From assembly GCA_977862235.1 (NCBI GenBank), contig OZ374564.1, positions 2,108,001 to 2,172,000 on the forward strand: a stretch of DNA of 64,000 bases. Direction: 5' to 3'. Below, piece by piece: positions 21,125-34,500 of the stretch. A model generated the notes under the pieces. That model was given only the letters and a program-made list of their open reading frames with translations. It ran no database searches and was not told the DNA's origin. The position numbers and the translations under genes are program-made. Numbering within the stretch: the stretch's first letter is position 1; every line of letters starts with the position of its first letter. Source of the stretch: Dudresnaya verticillata (Eukaryota).

Positions 21125-23935
21125 TTCTTGCGGATCGCTGTCCCTAGCGCGGAAAAAGAAACAGTGGACACCAGGTTTGGTCACTGTGAAGACTTGGCAA
21201 TAGTAGACGGATGCCGGGTGGGGTGGCGTGGGGTGCGGGTTGGTGTGTGCGTGTGTGTGTGTGTGTGCCAGGAGGGGGTTGATCGCGGTGAGCGGGTAGA
21301 GGTGAGTCATCGGAACGGTGCGGCAGGCTAAATAGGGCGGAAAGATGGCGCCAATGCACCGATCGTAGGCCAGTCGTCGACCAAGCTCTCCGCACACAAA
21401 TGTGCTAATTGTGCAGCTCTACGTTACTACGGAGGATGTATTGGGGTTACGAGGATTGTACGACTTGAATTATCGAAATTTCGGTTGTTTGTATTTTGGC
21501 ATTTTCCCGGCAATTCTTCGACGGCCTACACTGCCTGTCACGATGTTGGTCAAGACGAGCACATGTGGCTAGAGCTGAAACTTCTGCAATGTGCTTACTC
21601 CTCTCAGATGATATAGGGGCCCTGGTACAGGCGCCGTGCTCTTCGCGATGGCACTATCATCTTGGAGACTATTGGGAGGTGTACGTAATACATGGTTGCG
21701 AACCAGGTTCTTGTGCGCCGAAGAAGATAAGCAGACTCATTATCGATAGGTAACTGAGAGTGGTCACAGCGTTCTGATGCGGAATGGTGGCATATCACCG
21801 TGTAGGGCTACTGCTACAGTGAAACCATGGTTGCGAAAAAGCCAATTGATAGTTTCTTTCGAGGTTAGTATCACCACACCTTAACCTTAAGGTTAAGGAG
21901 CAACCATTAATAACGCATCAAGTCTGCCCTGATCGCAACATCGAAAGCCCGATGCGACGTTCCATTTCGGAATGTTCTTGCCACAAAGTTGCTTTTCTTT
22001 TCTGAATCGGCCTCCATGTTACTGCTCCTACTCGCTTAACACCCCTGGCTTTAAATTGAGTTGCTGAGACGCGGGGAAAGGTTGGCCTTTCGTACTTCTC
22101 GTTTTGAGGACAGCCAACACCCAAAACACACGAGGTGAAATAATTTGTTGTCCTTGCAAACAACCACACAGACACACTCGCAAACATCATAAATGAGGAC
22201 AGTTCCTATTCCGTCTTGCAGAGCCACAGCTGCGATCCAAGACCGTCCAGCAGATGCATATTTGTTTGTCGAGAAGGAGCGAAGTTAGTTCATCGAAATC
22301 AGTCGCTATACTTCCCAAGAATGGATGGGAGGTCCCATCCATTCTTTTGCAACTCACTGTAAGAAGCGGAACTTTTTGAATGCAGTCAATGTCTCTTTCA
22401 TACAGATCCGTCGTCGCTGCCTCCAGGCCCTCGGGCAATAATCTCTTCTCGTCGAGGAACTAACCCCTCTCGGGAATATCATTCATTGTCCTCGCTCCTA
22501 ATCTTAAATACTCTACTTCTCTGCTATTGCTATGAATCGCAGACTCTGCCCTTCATCCGTGTTTAATTCACAGGGGGAATACTTTTAGTGATTCCTTCTT
22601 GTGCTTGATGTTTAAACTTGTTCTTAATAAAGTCGGGACATCATACAGATCCGTGGTTAATTTTCTTCCTGGCTTCCGAGCGATTCCGTACACAGGCCAA
22701 CTCAATGGAACTTACCGCATTTGGTGTGCCGCTAGCAATTTCCGGCATTGCAAACAGATAGCAGTCCATTCAGACAGGATTTCATCTTTGCTCTGAAACA
22801 CTTCGGGAGTATAGTGTTGGAGGTGGGTACCTACACTTCTTTGAAACTGTGTCGCAGGACCTAGGATTCTAAACGGAAAGTTCTATAGATAGGGAACATA
22901 CAAAATGTTTCATGCTATCGTCATTGGCGAAAATGACAGGCGTTTTGTACAGTCAAGTATAGGAATTTATTTCCTTCATTGCAGACATAGTTCCCTCATT
23001 GCCTCATGGTTCTAGCATCCTCAAGAACCAAATCAGATTGCTTTGTAAAGATGTTAAATTACAGGTAGGCAGTGAACATTCCAATACTTGCTCACCAGTG
23101 TCCTCGAAGGAGCAGATGCAGTCACGGGACTTCACGGCTCGAAACATGAAGTGCTGTTTGCGCTACCTACGGTTTCTCTAGCTAGGAATTGTGTTAGGAG
23201 ATCATGTAAGTGCAAAAGCCTCGTAGCGACTGAATAACCAATTACCACACTCAATCCCAGTTGGATTCTCGTTTATTTCAAAAACGCAGGTAAGGATTAC
23301 AAGGAACTTGGGTTTTATAGAAACCCCGGGCTCCTCCAGCGCAGACTAATACCTCTTGAGGACAATCGATGGCTTGCCTTACTAATTTGTGGGTTGCTTG
23401 CGCCCGATGGACACTCGACTGGGAAACCATGGGAACTGAGTACAAAGGATTTGGACAAACTAAAAGGGAAATTTTTCTTCCTTTCTGTGCCGTCATTATC
23501 CCCTGCACATCAATCAATCAAATGTTAGAAACGCGATGGCTGCCACGAGAAACGCGATGGCTGCCACGTCAAGTGAGGCAGAGAGAGATTAATTTACGCC
23601 AACTGACGACTATCATGAATCTTCATGCAATCGTATTGAATAAGAAATTTGCCTTCACCGCAGATATAGGCCTCAGGTCCTAACTTTTATGTCGGAGAAA
23701 TGTTTACGGTGCAAGGGGCCTTAATTTTCAAGCTACCGTACTGCTGTATTGCTGCAGTCCATGTAAAGTTTGCAATGCAAACTCAAAAGCGGTCTACCGT
23801 GACATTCATCCAGCTATATCATTGTACGCGATGATATACAAAAAGTAGGTTGTATGAAATGAATAATGTGGAATGTTTATTCATTGCTCGTTTGACCCAG
23901 GCCTGGCGCCGATGACGATTTGTTGGAGAAAAATA

Positions 23936-25468
23936 TCAAAACAACCGATCTCGGCCAACAGCATATTCCAAGTCTTGTCCCTCCCAAGAATTTCCAACTT
24001 CGGCTCCGTAGCGGTATGGTGTATCATCTGGTACGGCTCTCTTCGGCGAAACAGTAGAAGCATCCCCGGAAATTTCTTGCCCTCGGTCTTCACTGCTCTC
24101 TTCGCGGCCAGGGTCCGATGGTAAATAAAATACATATTGGTTGGCGCTCTTCTTTTGCCATATTGAGGATACTCCCACAATAGAGATGGGCTGCAGTATG
24201 AGGCGAAGAATTGAGAGTGCGAAGAGAGCGCTGATGAACAAGAGCAGAAGAAATAACCAGTTGATCGTCCTGGACTCCTCTAACCACATACCCGATACCC
24301 TTGACTCTGAAACACCTTCTTCAACGAATAGGTCCTTGGTATTGGGTGAAAAAATAGACACAGCCGATGAACTGCGAAAATATTGTTGGGCAAAGCGCAG
24401 AGTCATATTTCCCTGAGGTAACAGCCCTTTGAAGGTAGTGTTGTACGTCCTAGACGTGGCGTTAACTGCTCCTCTCAAAACTGAAACCAAGCCGGCGCCG
24501 GATGAAAACTGTGATTCGACATTGTTCAAATGAGCTAAGCTCTCATTCAACTCCGTCTCAAGGCTCTCGTGTTGACTGCTGAACAAAAATGCCAGAAACT
24601 GTAAATGAATCATTCGGATACGATCTCCTTCTTCTGCTGAGAAAGGCGTCGCTGCCATCAAACGGAGCTTGTTGTCACGGAGGGAAAAAGTTGTTCTGCA
24701 AGAGAGTTTTACAGAATCAAATCCCCAAGTCACGTCGTGTTCTGCGCCAAACTCATGAATATCTGACACAATCTTCCCGGAGATCTCTGTTGTTGACGCT
24801 TTGTAGCGCCTGAGCTTTCCACCAAGCGCGTTAGAAGTTACGCAGGGATTTATCTCAGTTTTCCCTTGTCGCACGCCGACGAGAGAAAGAGCTTCACATG
24901 GCCTATCAAGGGCGGATTTAAGCTGAAAGCGAAGGAGGCTCCATTGAGGCAAGACCGGAATTTGAAAGCGGAAGGAAACATTTGTGTTCTTGACCTCGGC
25001 CGGGTTTGGTCCCGTTAGGACAAGAAGGGCTACTTGGAGGGCAAAAGTGAAAATCAAAAGTGAAGCTGCAATGGCTGTCAATCTCCAGTTGCGCTTTTGT
25101 TGTGTTCCCCCTCCGTTGCTCGTGACGAGATGGCGAAAGCGAAAATCCTTTGCAAACTCGATGAACAGCTTTGTCGAGAAGGAAAAATTGCTGGCTTGAT
25201 CGTCACGGGTTCGTAGCAGAGCAACGGCTACAAAGCCATCGATGACGGAGAGAAGCAGCAGGGCGACGAAGGCGATCGGGAGATCATCAATCAGCGATAG
25301 GTCCGAGGACAGGGAAGTAGTGGCTCGTTTCGACACTAGCAGATTTGGCTGCGAGAAGTATGCTGCGTCGGTGGCAACTGTGGGGAAGGTCGGAACAGGG
25401 AAACTCGAGCTGTTGGTATCATAGGTAAAGAAGGAGTTCCCCAAAAGGTCTTGGGCTACCTTGAACAT
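23936..25468 (-). CDS. Unknown membrane protein, paralogue A (2 N-terminal TMs, large loop, C-terminal TM)
   Basis: 510-aa ORF sharing DFRF, LDRPC, INxCVTS, SDxHEFGAEH and NWL motifs with 26494-28194. Confidence 0.85.
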   Translation of the reverse strand: MFKVAQDLLGNSFFTYDTNSSSFPVPTFPTVATDAAYFSQPNLLVSKRATTSLSSDLSLIDDLPIAFVALLLLSVIDGFVAVALLRTRDDQASNFSFSTKLFIEFAKDFRFRHLVTSNGGGTQQKRNWRLTAIAASLLIFTFALQVALLVLTGPNPAEVKNTNVSFRFQIPVLPQWSLLRFQLKSALDRPCEALSLVGVRQGKTEINPCVTSNALGGKLRRYKASTTEISGKIVSDIHEFGAEHDVTWGFDSVKLSCRTTFSLRDNKLRLMAATPFSAEEGDRIRMIHLQFLAFLFSSQHESLETELNESLAHLNNVESQFSSGAGLVSVLRGAVNATSRTYNTTFKGLLPQGNMTLRFAQQYFRSSSAVSIFSPNTKDLFVEEGVSESRVSGMWLEESRTINWLFLLLLFISALFALSILRLILQPISIVGVSSIWQKKSANQYVFYLPSDPGREESSEDRGQEISGDASTVSPKRAVPDDTPYRYGAEVGNSWEGQDLEYAVGRDRLF

Positions 25469-26493
25469 GGCAGCTGGGCTGACTTTTGGACGGGCGTGCT
25501 TGGGGCAGCATGTCCGATTCTAGGCATGAAATGAGCGCCTTGGTGTACTCGAGCGGGTTTGCAGTACATTGTGACGATATAATCTGTCCTTTCCTTCCAT
25601 ATTCATAGCGTTTGTTGGGTTATTTGTCCAAAGCAAATCACAGGACTTGTCGTGGTAGCAAGAAAAGGAATGGACTACGAACACGAACACGAACACGAAC
25701 ACGGACGAAAATATTCTTTCTTTGCTTTGTAGGAATAGGGGGGGACCTTACATCAGTATCGACAATGCTTAGAAATAGGCCCTTTGTCCGGAACAATGAA
25801 ACTCGGTACTGTACTTGGTGGGTGGAACAATGCGAGTGAGGACGAGTGTCACGAGTAATTGTGCCGTGTCCGACAATGTAGGACGGCAGAAGCGAGTATC
25901 AACCCGGGAAGGGGAAGGCGGGAAGGCTTGCTGACGAAACTGGTATGTAAGAGTTTCATCGCAGAGGCCCTTTCGCCACGCAAACCCAACACTTGAGCTT
26001 TGTGGACTCGTTTACGCTACAGTAGCGCGCTACGGGGATGAATACGTCCATTACAGCCTCCGTCCCGGCCCAGCCGGCTCAAGCTGGCAGTCGCTGTTGG
26101 GAGATATATCATTATAGATATTGTAAGCACACGCTAATGTTCTCAGTCTCTCCTCGCAGTGAGTGGGCGGTATCTACTTGTACTGTATGACTTGTACCTG
26201 AGATGAGAAATGCTCGCAATGCAAATTCTCCCGCCGACAAATACAATCACATTGTACGATACCGTTGTAGAATCATACCATTCCATCGTGGCGATGGAAG
26301 GCCTGGAGACGGACACCGTACTATAACAATGGCATCTCGTGACGTAGACAGACAGCCATCGCGAGGAATAACGAAAGGGATGCACGCAATTCGGCCCGAA
26401 AGTGTACGGTACTGGTACGACCGCCAACGCGCATCACGTGGATCACCGGCAGAAGCAACACGCGCAACACATACAACACGATACACTGCCGTG

Positions 26494-28194
26494 CTAGTTT
26501 CTTAGCCTCTGCGGCAGCAAAAATAAGCGCGACTGCGACGGCGACCTCGAAGGAGACCTCGGCGACCTGGACCCTTGCGAATTCCCAGGCCTTGTCGTCC
26601 TCCACGCATGGTCGACCTCACGTAGAATGCTGTCAACCGCCACTTCCAGCTCCGCCTCGGCGAACCTCCTCTTCTCGCTGTCATCCAGGAACATTGGTGA
26701 CCGATCTGGTCTCCCTCCTACAGCGTCCAGAACCGCTCTGCCGGCCATATGTGACATGCTCGTGGGCTTGTAGTACATTCGGAGACCAACGAGGACGCCT
26801 ACGGCGACCAGCAGCAAAATCAGCAACGACAACCAGTTGAGTCTTCGCTCCTCCTCCCACCAGACCACAGATTTCCTTCGAGCAGAGTTTCCCGAGGCTA
26901 GCATCAGATCGATCTCTCCTGGCCCGATCACTCGCAACGCTGACGACGCCTTGAAGTAGAGATGCGCAAACCGAAGCGCCTTGGGCCCGTATGGGAATAG
27001 CCCTTGGAATTTCGTCTCATGCCTCACTGACCCCACCGTGCGATACTGTCCCTTCGCCAAGCCGGAAAGCTCGAAGATCTCGATGGGCGGTCCGCTCTCC
27101 TGTTTAAAGGAAATATCTAGTCGATGCAGTGTTTTGAAGTCTAGCAGAATATCACGAGTGTCCCTCTCGTAGATGCTGTACATGTAGGCCATGAGCTGTT
27201 TGTGAAGATATTCATGAAACCCCCCATGCGCTACTGAGCGAGAACGTCGCCGCATTAGCCTGCTCTCGCCATCCGCCAAGCGAAAATCAACTCGCGAAGA
27301 AAAAAACGCAGATTCTGTCCCAGCTTTCCTTTCAATGTGCAGTTCATGTTCGGCCCCAAACTCGTGCACGTCTGATATAATCGTCACGTTCGGCTCTTCT
27401 TCCTCGACAACGATCTGCTCAAATTCTGGTACTGCAACATCTTGCTGATGCAATGAAGAGGTCACACATGCATTAATACGCGTTAAGCCGACGCGAACGT
27501 TCACCAACCTCACCTCTCTGCAGGGTCTGTCCAGAAGTAGTGGAACCGAGTCCCGAATCACATTCCAGTCCGGATTGACTCCATTGATCACCTCTACGGA
27601 TGCTTGGGAATTTGTTATCGCGTGTAGGGTTGGCGCTGTCAACAACAGGATTAGCACCTCTGCTATGAGAGAGAACATGAGGACGAGAGAGCCCACGAGC
27701 AAAAATCTGGCGCTGCCGCGATGGTAGCTGGGGAGCTTCTTGTCGTTGGTTCCCTGACTATCCACGACGTCAGAGCTGCCATCTTCTCCTTTCTGCGCTG
27801 CCGAAAGGCCTGGGTAGACTTGATTTCGCAGCAACGAGAGAAAACGAAAGTCTCTCACGAGGTCAAGAAAGTGCTTGACGGAGAACGCGAACGTGCTGAG
27901 AGGACCATGGCGTGTTCGCAGTATAATGGTTGCAATGATGGCCTCGATGACAAGAATGAGAAGCAGAGAAACAATAGCGAGGAGAATATCGTCTTGTGAT
28001 GTGAGATCGGTGGAAAACTGGTTTGAGAAGCGGGTAGAGACCTTGACGTCGCCTGCGAGAAACGACGCTATATTCTTGGAGCCCGGACGGTTTCTCCAGA
28101 AGCTTGAGTTGCCTAAGATCTTTTTCGAGGCGGAAATGTAGGCCAGGCCAAGGTTGTCTTTTTGGAGCTCGAATTCGGGGAAGGAGGAGGTCAT
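26494..28194 (-). CDS. Unknown membrane protein, paralogue B
   Basis: 566-aa ORF with the same topology and motifs as 23936-25468. Confidence 0.85.
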   Translation of the reverse strand: MTSSFPEFELQKDNLGLAYISASKKILGNSSFWRNRPGSKNIASFLAGDVKVSTRFSNQFSTDLTSQDDILLAIVSLLLILVIEAIIATIILRTRHGPLSTFAFSVKHFLDLVRDFRFLSLLRNQVYPGLSAAQKGEDGSSDVVDSQGTNDKKLPSYHRGSARFLLVGSLVLMFSLIAEVLILLLTAPTLHAITNSQASVEVINGVNPDWNVIRDSVPLLLDRPCREVRLVNVRVGLTRINACVTSSLHQQDVAVPEFEQIVVEEEEPNVTIISDVHEFGAEHELHIERKAGTESAFFSSRVDFRLADGESRLMRRRSRSVAHGGFHEYLHKQLMAYMYSIYERDTRDILLDFKTLHRLDISFKQESGPPIEIFELSGLAKGQYRTVGSVRHETKFQGLFPYGPKALRFAHLYFKASSALRVIGPGEIDLMLASGNSARRKSVVWWEEERRLNWLSLLILLLVAVGVLVGLRMYYKPTSMSHMAGRAVLDAVGGRPDRSPMFLDDSEKRRFAEAELEVAVDSILREVDHAWRTTRPGNSQGSRSPRSPSRSPSQSRLFLLPQRLRN

Positions 28195-29592
28195 ATCGAG
28201 TCATTTGGGGTATGGCCTGGCACTCAAAAAGTGTAGGTCCTGAAGAAGAAGGAAGGTGTCGGGCGCCTATGAATAGTAAAGAGATTGGGAAGGCGGTTGC
28301 ATGGTGGATTCGATGGCCAGATGTCGGTTGCACACGGGCTATTATAGTTGTTAGCGTTTGCCGTACAGTACTGTATGTACCTAAGGAGTCGATGCACCTC
28401 TCGAGATTGCTCACCAATATGTAGCAACATGTTCCTGAGTCGAGTGTCCCCAAAACATTTTCCGTTGCAACGTCCTTGGTCTTTCGTATGTCGAGCGACG
28501 TTCCTGTCTCGTTTTGTCGGCTGCTGATGTATAAATACACTGTGAGCCTCTCTGTACATTCAATAAAGGTCCATCTTCTGTACAGTGCTGTCACAGAACG
28601 GTACCTTCGCGATTCAATCTCGAAAAAGCTCGGATCCAGTTTTCCCCATACAGGATGTGTCCACGGTGTGCATTCCACATCGGACTACGAGGAGAGGAAC
28701 GTTCTAACCTTTCTTGCAAGGAGATACAGCACGCTTGTACCCGACCAAATGCAGTGGGCCCTCGACATATGTAGATCAGTAGTTGCACAACTCAGGAGGT
28801 GAACAACAAACGTTCCTTGGCAACTATTCCCAACATTATTCCCTAGCCAGAGCGCATGGGGACTGCAAAAAGGAATAAGAATGACATCACGGAAGGAACC
28901 ACGCCATGGGGTCATCCCCACACGGCCAGAAGCGTTCACTTTAATCGTTCTCTTCAGTTCTTCAGTTCTGACATTTTCCTCGAAAAGAGTTTCCGGCTTC
29001 GTCGGGGGCTGAGGTGATCACGCCAGCGATAAGGGCATGTATGTTGGCGATAGGAGAAGCCCCCTTTCTCTATGGCAACAACATCGTCAGGAATGTAGGG
29101 TAGCGATTTTCCGTATCAGTGATGGGCGTTGCACCACTACTTCATAACTCTGGTCTCTTAACGAAGCAAAATTCTTTTTAAAATAGTGTGGGCCATTCCA
29201 GGCTGTACCATGGCCCCCAGGGTGCCATCAAGTTCGTCCCTAGCCCGCCCATTGGTCGAACCCGTTTCGGCCCCACACACCCCAAACCCCGCCACGTAGA
29301 AGCGCCATGGTGCGGCAGAATGGACACTGTCAGCAGGACAGCTTACAAAAGCGGACCCATCAATGCGGGATACACTGTCCCTTGCTCGCTGTACAAGTGG
29401 CCGTGCAGTGGCACCAGTTGGACGCCCAGGATTGGCTGATTTATGACCCCCTGTCGCATTCCTACTCATGGCTGACTGTGGCATAGCTTTAAGGCCAGCT
29501 GTGCCACGCACGCGCAGCTGTAAGACCAGCTGCGCCACGTGCGCACCGCTGTGCGCACGCTGTCAGCTGGTGGCGCAGAAGCCCCGCTGAAC

Positions 29593-30417
29593 TGTAAGGA
29601 CGTGCGCTGTGGCGCAGGCGAGTGCACGTGTACGCGTGTGACACTGAAACTCCCACGTAATTTCTACGTCTATTTTTGTGTAGTGTACAGCACTTTCTAG
29701 TTTAAGCGGCGGTCGAACGCCCTGCTGTCCCGCGCGCCGTGCGCACGCACTCCGGCGTAGAGCCGTTGAGTGCGTTACACGCGCGCGCGTGCTCCGGCCC
29801 CGAGCCGTTGAGTACGTGTGGGCCGTTTCGCCCACGCGCGCCCCCGTTACCGTTACCCGTACGCGTCGACGGGGGTCGGGGCACCCCGACGCACCTCCCT
29901 CGTAGGTGTCACCGCACGCCCGGTAGTCTATTTAGTAGCCGCCCCTCTGAGCTTGCGTAAACAAGGCAGGCCAGCCTACGCCAGGCCTACCCCTTTCTGC
30001 TTTGGCCTAGCAGTATAGCACCGGCCAGGAACAGCAAAGAACAAGAACAAACAGTTGTCCGATATCACACGCTAATGCGTGGTATCTCGAAGGGGGTTTG
30101 GTAGAGGCTTGAAAGGAGGCGGGCTCTGATAACCCGAAAGGGGGGTGCAAAAGCACGGTAAAGCCTGGGCGCAACCGACTGAGGGAAAATATAGAGGTTG
30201 CGACCCGGTATTTCGTAGATAACTTGCCATACGATGTCCGGGCCTGTAGTAGGCGACCTCTGCAGGCGCGGAGCGTCCGAACGACCAAACGTTGAATACT
30301 TTCCGAACAACTCCGCTGAGTGTTTATTCTGAGGGCACCGGCTATTCCGGTGCCCATAAATAGGGCTCGAGAGCCGAAAACCCTATCAGCCCGAAAGGGG
30401 TTCTAAGTTAGTCTACA
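29593..30417. mobile_element. Candidate LTR-like segment (TGTAAGGAC...GTCTACA)
   Basis: TG...CA ends with partial inverted complementarity. Its first bases match the (C)GTAAGGAC that follows the G-rich PPT at 39396. No TSD found. Confidence 0.35.
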
Positions 30418-30426
30418 TATATATAG

Positions 30427-30891
30427 TTACGTAGGCTGCTGCGGTAGCGCCAGTATAGGCGGATGAGTTACGGCCTCGACGAGCGTACTGAACGTTTTGG
30501 CTTGTGTCTCATCGAACGGTTGTAAGAGAACGTCCTGTTCTTTCCTCAGCAACTTGTTCAGGGGAGCAGCGACATGCGCGTACCGCGAGACGAACCTTCT
30601 GTAGACGTTACAAAGACCGAGGAAGCTGCGTAGCTCCTTCTGATCCCGTCGATGCTTGGCTTTGCGTAGCGCGGCAGTGACAGTGCAGTCAACTTCTAAC
30701 CGTCCTGGACGTATGAATTGACCCAAGTAGTTCGGTCGGGGTGAAGAAGTCACACTTGGTCACCTTCAGAGTCACCCCGGCGCAGTGCAATGTCGAAAGG
30801 GTCTCGTCAACATGACGGAAGTTACTGTCGATGTCGCTGGAGAAGATTATAACGTCGTCGAGGTAGACGAAGCACGAACGCAACTTGTAAC
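30427..30891 (-). mobile_element. Inverted fragment of Gypsy reverse transcriptase, same family as the downstream element
   Basis: VYLDDVIIFSSDID...LRSFLGLCNVYRRFV...HPPILALPQQ is colinear with 36158-36615 but diverged and frameshifted. Confidence 0.9.
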
Positions 30892-31817
30892 TGTAGTGCC
30901 AGGGGGCCCTTTTTCGCTTTCAAGCGGGTTGATATCCTGCGTCTACCGACGGACGACCGCCAACGGCGCGCTCAACCCGCCCGCGGCGCAAAGACGTCAC
31001 CGACGCATGCCGTTGGCCACTCGGGCCAGAACGGCTCGCTTGGCGTGCAGACCGCACACCTGAACCCGGGACACTGTACGGCGCCACGCTTACGCGCATG
31101 GCGCAGTGGCGGGAGCGTTCGCTGTAATCGTGGCCCGAATCCGGATCCAATCGGGGTCCCACATCGGGATCAGACATCGGGATTAAGAGGTGTAAGGCAC
31201 GCCGTGGCCACACACGCGCCTGTAAGCCTGGCGCATCCGCATGGCTGGCCCGAATCCGGACTGGATCGGGATTGGTGTGGATCGAGATCGCACGCGCCAT
31301 GAGGCGCGTGCGGCTGTAAGGATGTACATCCACGTGTAGGTTTAAGGACTCGAGCGGGGAAGCTACGCGTGATCTGCCAGGAGCGCGGTTGCATGACGGA
31401 CGGATCTGTCAGACGCGCCTCGGGGCAACACGTGTCCCGAGTTCCTGCGCGGCGCCTACACACGCGTCGCCGCCACTAGTTAGTTCTATACTTAGTTGAT
31501 CCGTCCCAGACGTTGAGGTAAACTCCCGGCAAGCCGGCCTTGGTCCAGATTTCCCCGTTCCGCACGCGCGTACCCTACCGCTGCCTACGGCTAAGCGTCT
31601 ACCTCCCGTGCTTCCACGTCTCCACCCCTCTTTGACGTGTTCCCTTTTTGTTCTATTTTGTTCTTCCTTTCCGCCTCGGGCGTTTACAGTCCGCCCAAGG
31701 CGTGTCAACTGCTCTACCACAAGCCGTCCAAGGCGAGTCTGCTCACCGCCACGGGCGTCGCTACCCACCGAGCCCCGAACTGCTCGGCGGTGTTCCGTCT
31801 AGGACGTTTGCACTACA
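30892..31817 (+). mobile_element. Probable 5' LTR of the Gypsy element, followed by a PBS-like TGG at 31820
   Basis: Perfect 8-bp terminal inverted repeat TGTAGTGC...GCACTACA, a 2-nt spacer, then TGGTCTCCCGAC; gag ATG at 31945. Confidence 0.65.
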
Positions 31818-31944
31818 ACTGGTCTCCCGACCTAGAAGTGTGCTACGTTTCAACGAGTTACTCCGTCGTGCGACGTCCGACCTTCCGTCTCTAGACGTCC
31901 GTCGCTAATCGTCCACGACGTTCAAGCAACTCTACGACTGCATT

Positions 31945-34500
31945 ATGGCCTCATGACCGCCGCCGTCGCGAGGCCCCAGTTCAAGAAGACCGTCATCGAC
32001 GCCGGGGAGTGTCCCCGCGTTGGAGCGGTCGCTACAGCGGATGACAACGAGGTCTGGGCGCCTCGTGAGCCCCGAGATCGCATCGGCCTTTCCGACCGGT
32101 CCTGGCCACGATCACTCCCATATATCGCTCAACAGGGGAGAAGTACCTCCCCCGCCGATACCCGTCGTTATCCATACCACCGTTCCCAACGAATCGGCCC
32201 TCCGAACCTACCACTCGCACGTGGATTCCGCTGACACGATACAAGCCGAACAGCGACCCGTCGAGGACGGAGCCCAAGCCGACATCGTCGAGGAACAACC
32301 GGAAGTTCCGGTCCACCAACCAACCTTACCCGTCGAAGACGACCAAGAACGCCCTGCGGGGCGCGACGTCATAGACGAATCACCAATCCCAAGGGGCTGC
32401 TGCCCCTCACCCCACGGCAGTGCTGGATGTTCACCGGCCAGGTCGTTAGCGCAACCGCGCAGCACGGGAGGTCCGCCGCAGGCGTCGACCCCCTCGCGCA
32501 CACCGCCAGTGGCGTCCCCAGTATCCGCCCGCGTTAGAAATATCACGATACCTCGCGAGCGGATCCGGGAAGTATGCGTCGCTGAAGACGGTAACTTACT
32601 CGCTCGATTCGCGGAGATGCTCGACGATAATGTCGGAGGTATCTTCAGCCATCTACAGACGTTGGAAGCAGATCGGGACGATGCCCTTCAAGGACTCCGT
32701 TCCGACCTTGACCGTCTGATGACGAACCCCAACCATGGAGTAGATGCTCAGCAGCCAACGGCATTGACGGTCCATTCCCAGTCGGAACTGAGTTCACGCG
32801 AACGCTTTCAGCGATTAGCGGCCCGCTTAGAGCGACTGGAAACCGCCAAATGGCGCCAAGGGCCGCCGTCTGATGACGATAGTTCCGAGGAAGACCGTCG
32901 CCGACGCAAGGATCGTAAGAGACGAGGCAAGAATCGCCGCAAGTCGCGTCGTGGACGGAGGAAGAACCTTCAGCGACGACGGGACTCATCCCCATCCTCT
33001 TCGGACACGTCTAGTGACGACGGGTCAACAGGCTCCTCGTCTGACGACGACGACCGCATGGCTCACATCAGTGCCATGCGGCCCCGCGGAAAGCGATACA
33101 AGGGACTGAAGGAGCTGAGCCCCTCCAATCCGCTCTTCGATCAATTGCTATCGTACCGCACATACCGTCTTCAAGACGTGGGACAGAAACGATCTGGACG
33201 CGAAACCGGGAAGGTCAAAGACCATATCAAGCGACTCGAGTTAACAATGAAGGACGCCGCCTTCAACGGCAGGGACCCCGTCATGGTCCTCGAGTTTTTA
33301 AGGCGGTTCGCGGACGAAGCGGACACGCTAGAGATGAGCGAAGCACAAGCGTTCGTCGCGCTGCCGTACTTCTTACGAGGTACGGCAGCCACACAATTCC
33401 TCTCCTTCAAATCGACGTCCTCACGCCACCGCGGCAGCGTATCATCGTACCCAGAGGCGGTGCACTACCTCCTCCGCACGTACGCCACGCCTTCGGCGAT
33501 TTGAGACGCTGTACTCGCCCTGCGGTCGACTAGTCAGAAGGAGGGCGAAGACGAAACGACTTACGGCATGAGACTCGCCGGCGCATGTATTCGTTGCGGT
33601 AACGTTTATCCTGAAGGGGAAAAGATGACACTGTACATCGATGGGATAGACCCGACGATCAGGTCCTTGGTGGCCCGCTTCCGCGAAGAAACGCCGAGGG
33701 CGGAGTTATCTTTTGAACGTTTAGTCCACTTCGCGCAGGACGAAGGTGACGCGCAACTCGCTAGACACGGCAGGGCCGGCTCGACGTCAGTAAGACGGGA
33801 TATAATGGCCCCGGCCCAAGCCGCTCGCGCATTGCGCCCCGCCATTGGCGGCAACCGAACGGTTCTACGTCAACAGACGAGGGGCACGAAGCCTGCCGCA
33901 CGCGCTATGATAGCGGAGTCTTCCGTTGAGTTCCGTGATATCACCCGTCACGCGGACGATATGGAAACCCACGCCGATGGCGATCTCTATGTGGCCGACG
34001 AACAAGCGTCAGTGCCAACTTCAGTGTTACTAACGGACAGCTACGTCGAAGACGAGGACACAGGGGCAATGGATCCTACACTCGCCTTTGGGCGTTCCGT
34101 TGTGCCCGCGCCACGCGTTCCGTACTCGGAGTATGCCCCCCACGTCCATCGGGCGAGGCCAGGTTGGCAAGACAGGGGTCCGATCCGTCAAGACGCTCGC
34201 AGACAGTTGATCTGCCATCAGTTTTATGCCCGTGGCCACATCGCACCGGACTGCTTCCTCCGCATGAGCGAGTATATCAAAGCGATCGCCAACTACGAAG
34301 GCTTAACAGACGCCGAGAAGGCGGGAGTCCCCGCTGATGCGTACACTCGGTACAAAGAACGCGCTGCGCGCGAAGCAGCACGCCGTGCAGCACGACCACC
34401 GTCGCCACGGGGCGGACCTATGCCGCATGCAACAGAACGTCATCCGACGGTGATCAATCGCTACACAGCGCCGCTACAACCGCCGCAGGCGAAAAACTAA
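31945..34500 (+). pseudogene. gag: Ty3/Gypsy gag (disrupted)
   Basis: One frame from ATG 31945 with in-frame TGA at 31954 and 33502. Capsid-like FNGRDPVMVLEFLRRF, degenerate zinc knuckle CHQFYARGHIAPDC, ending GAAAAAC-TAA. Confidence 0.85.

Noticed and set aside
21900..23700. Possible decayed gene or transposase
   Set aside because: Only short stop-ridden frames with no identifiable motif; includes a trivial 21-bp tandem duplication at 23527-23568.
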